Part shown: positions 8,727-10,612 of the stretch, piece after piece
Numbering within the stretch: position 1 is the first letter of the stretch
Layout of the letters: the number at the start of each line of letters is the position of its first letter
Source of the DNA: Promethearchaeota archaeon
GTDB taxonomy: Archaea; Asgardarchaeota; Lokiarchaeia; Sigyniarchaeales; SOKP01
Assembly: GCA_016839585.1 (NCBI GenBank)
Contig: JAEOTZ010000082.1
Span: 1-10,612 of the forward strand
Direction: 5' to 3'
Length of the DNA stretch: 10,612 nucleotides
The notes under the pieces: model-generated
The model's database searches: none
The model's input: only the letters and a program-made list of their open reading frames with translations
What the model was told of the DNA's origin: nothing
Program-made: the position numbers and the translations under genes

Positions 8727-9167
8727 TTATTGGTCTATTAGGCAAATATTTGCATATTCATGAGGTTTGTTTATTAAATTTCGATAATTTTTAAGAACCT
8801 TCTCAGATGATAAATCTGTGGTTTGTAAATTAAATGGCCAAACTCCTACCACAATATCACCCAATTTTTTCACATTTCCAATTAAATAACCTACTTTTGC
8901 TCCATCTGATTTAAGTGTATATAATACAATAAAATAATAATTATATGAATATCTAGATTTTTTAGAACCAATTACAACAACCTCTTCAATATTTTGAAAA
9001 TATAAAATGTTTTGACTTAATTCACTCAATTTTTTTAGCTCCAAGATAAATTGAGTTTTAACCTTTATTGGTTTATCTGAAGTTATATCTTTAAAGCTCA
9101 ATGTTAATTTCTTATTTTCAGACTCTTGAACTCCTTTAAAGATTACTTTATAAATATTGAAATCCAT
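8727..9167 (-). CDS. Hypothetical protein
   Basis: 146-aa ATG-started ORF filling the gap downstream of aIF1, with no recognised motif. Confidence 0.7.
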   Translation of the reverse strand: MDFNIYKVIFKGVQESENKKLTLSFKDITSDKPIKVKTQFILELKKLSELSQNILYFQNIEEVVVIGSKKSRYSYNYYFIVLYTLKSDGAKVGYLIGNVKKLGDIVVGVWPFNLQTTDLSSEKVLKNYRNLINKPHEYANICLIDQ

Positions 9168-9241
9168 AGAAATTAGGTAAAGATTTATTTTTTAATTATA
9201 TAACTTTTTATATCTAGACTTCTGATGTTAATTATTATTAT

Positions 9242-9574
9242 TTAACTTTTTTTTGTTTTTTCTTGAATAAGGATATTTTCTTCAGGAAATCCTAAATCAA
9301 TTAAAAACTTTTTCATCTTAAAACGATGATCTCCTTGAAGTTCAACCTCGTTATTTCTTACAGTTCCGCCTGAAGCACACTTTTTCTTTGCTTTTGTTAA
9401 GATATCTTTAAGATTAACATCAAAGTTCCCTACAAATGTTATTACTGTAACCACTCGCCCCCATTTCCTTGTGTCATTAGATATTATTATTTGTTGCTCA
9501 TCAGCACTTAAGCCTTCACAAATACATAGTTCTTTTGGAAAACTACATATTGGACAAATGTCGTCGTCTTTAAT
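9242..9574 (-). CDS. sui1: Translation initiation factor aIF1 (SUI1/eIF1 family), 110 aa, probable non-canonical ATT start
   Basis: The frame is open upstream of the track's GTG (9454): (I/M)KDDDICPICSFPKELCICEGLSADEQQIIISNDTRKWGRVVTVITFVG...KKKCASGGTVRNNEVELQGDHR. CPxC..PKELCxCE is the standard archaeal aIF1 N-terminus. The frame is closed by TGA at 9586-9584, with no ATG/GTG/TTG between it and 9454. Confidence 0.9.
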   Translation of the reverse strand: MKDDDICPICSFPKELCICEGLSADEQQIIISNDTRKWGRVVTVITFVGNFDVNLKDILTKAKKKCASGGTVRNNEVELQGDHRFKMKKFLIDLGFPEENILIQEKTKKS

Positions 9575-9583
9575 ACTCTCTTT

Positions 9584-9592
9584 TCACAACCT
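9584..9592 (-). promoter_or_regulatory. Shine-Dalgarno-like element (AGGTTGTGA) upstream of the aIF1 ATT
   Basis: GGTTGTGA matches GGAGGTGA at 6/8 positions and ends 9 nt before the ATT. The divergent GTPase gene has GTGA 9 nt before its ATG. Confidence 0.45.
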
Positions 9593-9659
9593 TTAATATT
9601 AAAATCTTTTTAAAATACAATACTTGAAAAATAATAGAACAATATCTTTTAAAAATCTT

Positions 9660-9673
9660 TCACTCTAGAGTGA
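9660..9673. repeat. Perfect 14-bp palindrome TCACTCTAGAGTGA
   Basis: It is its own reverse complement and lies in the divergent aIF1/GTPase intergenic region. Confidence 0.8.
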
Positions 9674-9852
9674 CACTTTTATAATTTAAAAAAGAGGGAA
9701 CTTGAATTTGATAAATTAAACATTAAAAATTTATCTTTTAAATTTATAATATTAGATTTAATTTATCAAGTAAAAAAATATATAAAGATTAAATTTTATT
9801 TAATATAAAAAACTGTACTCTTTATTTTAGTTTAATAATGTGAATTATTAAT

Positions 9853-10386
9853 ATGCAAAGTTCATGGATATTTAAAGTAATTGTGGCAGGGGCTGGCGGA
9901 GTTGGAAAAACTGCTATGATAACTCGTTATTGTACAGGGAGATTCGAAGAAGGGTATAAAATGACTATAGGTGCAGGTTTTCATACAAAATCTGAAATTC
10001 TTGATACAGGAGAAGCTGTTAAAATGCAACTCTGGGATTTTGCAGGAGAAAAACGTTTTCGCGAACTTCTACCTGACTATTGTAAAGGGGCTAGTGGAGC
10101 ATTCATATGTTTTGATATAAGTGATTATGATACATTTAGAGAAATACCTGAATGGCTTAAGATCATCCGCCAAAAGGCTGGATTTATACCAATAATTCTC
10201 ATGGGTATGAAATGGGATCTACCCAACCATGAAGTTGTTTACGAAATTGCAAATGATTATGCTGAAAAAGCTAAATGTAACCAGTGTGTATTTTGTTCTT
10301 CGAAAGGAAATATCAATATAACAGATTCTTTTCAGGCTATGGCAAAATGGTTAATCTATTATGCCACTCAAACAAATAAGATATAA
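9853..10386 (+). CDS. Rab-like small GTPase (Ras superfamily)
   Basis: G1 GAGGVGKT, G2 T(IG), G3 WDFAGE, G4 MKWD, G5 SSK. RabF-like motifs IGAGF, KMQLW, RFREL, YCKGA and ICFDIS are present. There is no C-terminal prenylation Cys. Confidence 0.93.
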   Translation: MQSSWIFKVIVAGAGGVGKTAMITRYCTGRFEEGYKMTIGAGFHTKSEILDTGEAVKMQLWDFAGEKRFRELLPDYCKGASGAFICFDISDYDTFREIPEWLKIIRQKAGFIPIILMGMKWDLPNHEVVYEIANDYAEKAKCNQCVFCSSKGNINITDSFQAMAKWLIYYATQTNKI

Positions 10387-10500
10387 TATTAAAATTCTGA
10401 TTTTAATCTGGTTTTATTAAACAGTAAAAGCTAAATATAATATTTAATCTAATTATTATAAAATAATCATAAAAAGCGCCTCTGTAGCTCAGTTAGGTAG

Positions 10501-10527
10501 AGCACCGCCTAAATTATGTGTGCCTAA
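10501..10527 (+). other. tRNA-Asn intron 1 (27 nt, position 22/23)
   Basis: AGGT-AG^A-GCAC ... GTGT-GCCT-AA^A: 4-bp helix AGGT/GCCT, 3-nt bulges, inner helix GCAC/GTGT, weak outer helix. Confidence 0.8.
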
Positions 10528-10538
10528 AGCACCCGGCT

Positions 10539-10569
10539 AAGTAAGCTTGATTTCACAGCTTCTCCGGAA
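10539..10569 (+). other. tRNA-Asn intron 2 (31 nt, position 33/34)
   Basis: CCGG-CT^A-AG-T-AAGCT ... AGCTT-CT-CCGG-AA^G: 4-bp helix CCGG/CCGG, 3-nt bulges and an inner hairpin. Removal creates CT-GTT-AA. Confidence 0.85.
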
Positions 10570-10595
10570 GTTAACCGGGCGGTCGCATGTTCGAG

Positions 10596-10612
10596 ATTCT
10601 GTCTGATGATAT
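10596..10612 (+). other. Probable tRNA-Asn intron 3 (position 59/60), truncated by the window edge
   Basis: After T-loop TTCGAG the expected T-stem partner CATGC is absent. TTCG-AG^A fits the 5' half of a BHB motif. Confidence 0.6.

Larger units (their letters stand above)
10478..10612 (+). tRNA. trnN: tRNA-Asn(GTT) with multiple non-canonical introns; 3' end beyond the window
   Basis: Exons 10478-10500 (GCCTCTGTAGCTCAGTTAGGTAG), 10528-10538 (AGCACCCGGCT) and 10570-10595 (GTTAACCGGGCGGTCGCATGTTCGAG) join into D arm GCTC/GAGC, anticodon arm CCCGG-CT-GTT-AA-CCGGG, a 5-nt variable loop and T arm GCATG-TTCGAG. Confidence 0.88.

Noticed and set aside
9242-9454. ORF-track 70-aa version of aIF1 starting at GTG 9454
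   Set aside because: It starts inside the SUI1 domain (KWGRVVT), dropping the first strand and the conserved Cys motif that are intact in frame upstream.
9584-9589. Selenocysteine read-through of the TTG-TGA before aIF1
   Set aside because: The TGA does not align with a conserved Cys, it would be codon 2, and I see no SECIS-like hairpin in the AT-rich 3' region.
10388-10407. Inverted repeat ATTAAAAT-TCTG-ATTTTAAT after the GTPase
   Set aside because: An all-AT stem is expected by chance at this composition.
10532-10579. Reading the right-edge tRNA as Leu(AAG) with a 37/38 intron
   Set aside because: No BHB forms for 37/38 and the variable loop is only 5 nt. The 33/34 BHB is good and yields a normal CT-GTT-AA Asn loop.
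1-10612. CRISPR arrays, IS elements, integrases, rRNA
   Set aside because: No regularly spaced repeats, transposase or integrase motifs, or long GC-rich structured RNA were seen.

Overview
Very AT-rich archaeal DNA, most likely from an Asgard archaeon (Lokiarchaeia/Promethearchaeota-like). The evidence is archaeal housekeeping genes (pyrH, pantoate kinase, mfnB, HisA/F-related protein, RPA, aIF1/SUI1), BHB-type tRNA introns, and eukaryote-like proteins (Rab-like GTPase, RING protein, PAC4-like chaperone). Two features are missed by the ORF track. (1) The aIF1/SUI1 gene extends 40 codons upstream of the called ORF through a conserved Cys-rich N-terminus. That extension has no ATG/GTG/TTG and most plausibly starts at ATT (9574), suggesting start-codon-fidelity autoregulation like bacterial infC (AUU) and eukaryotic eIF1. 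(2) A tRNA-Asn(GTT) at the right edge is split by at least two, probably three, introns at non-canonical positions (22/23, 33/34, 59/60). A tRNA-Leu(CAA) with a canonical 47-nt intron and a partial zinc-ribbon gene at the left edge are also present.
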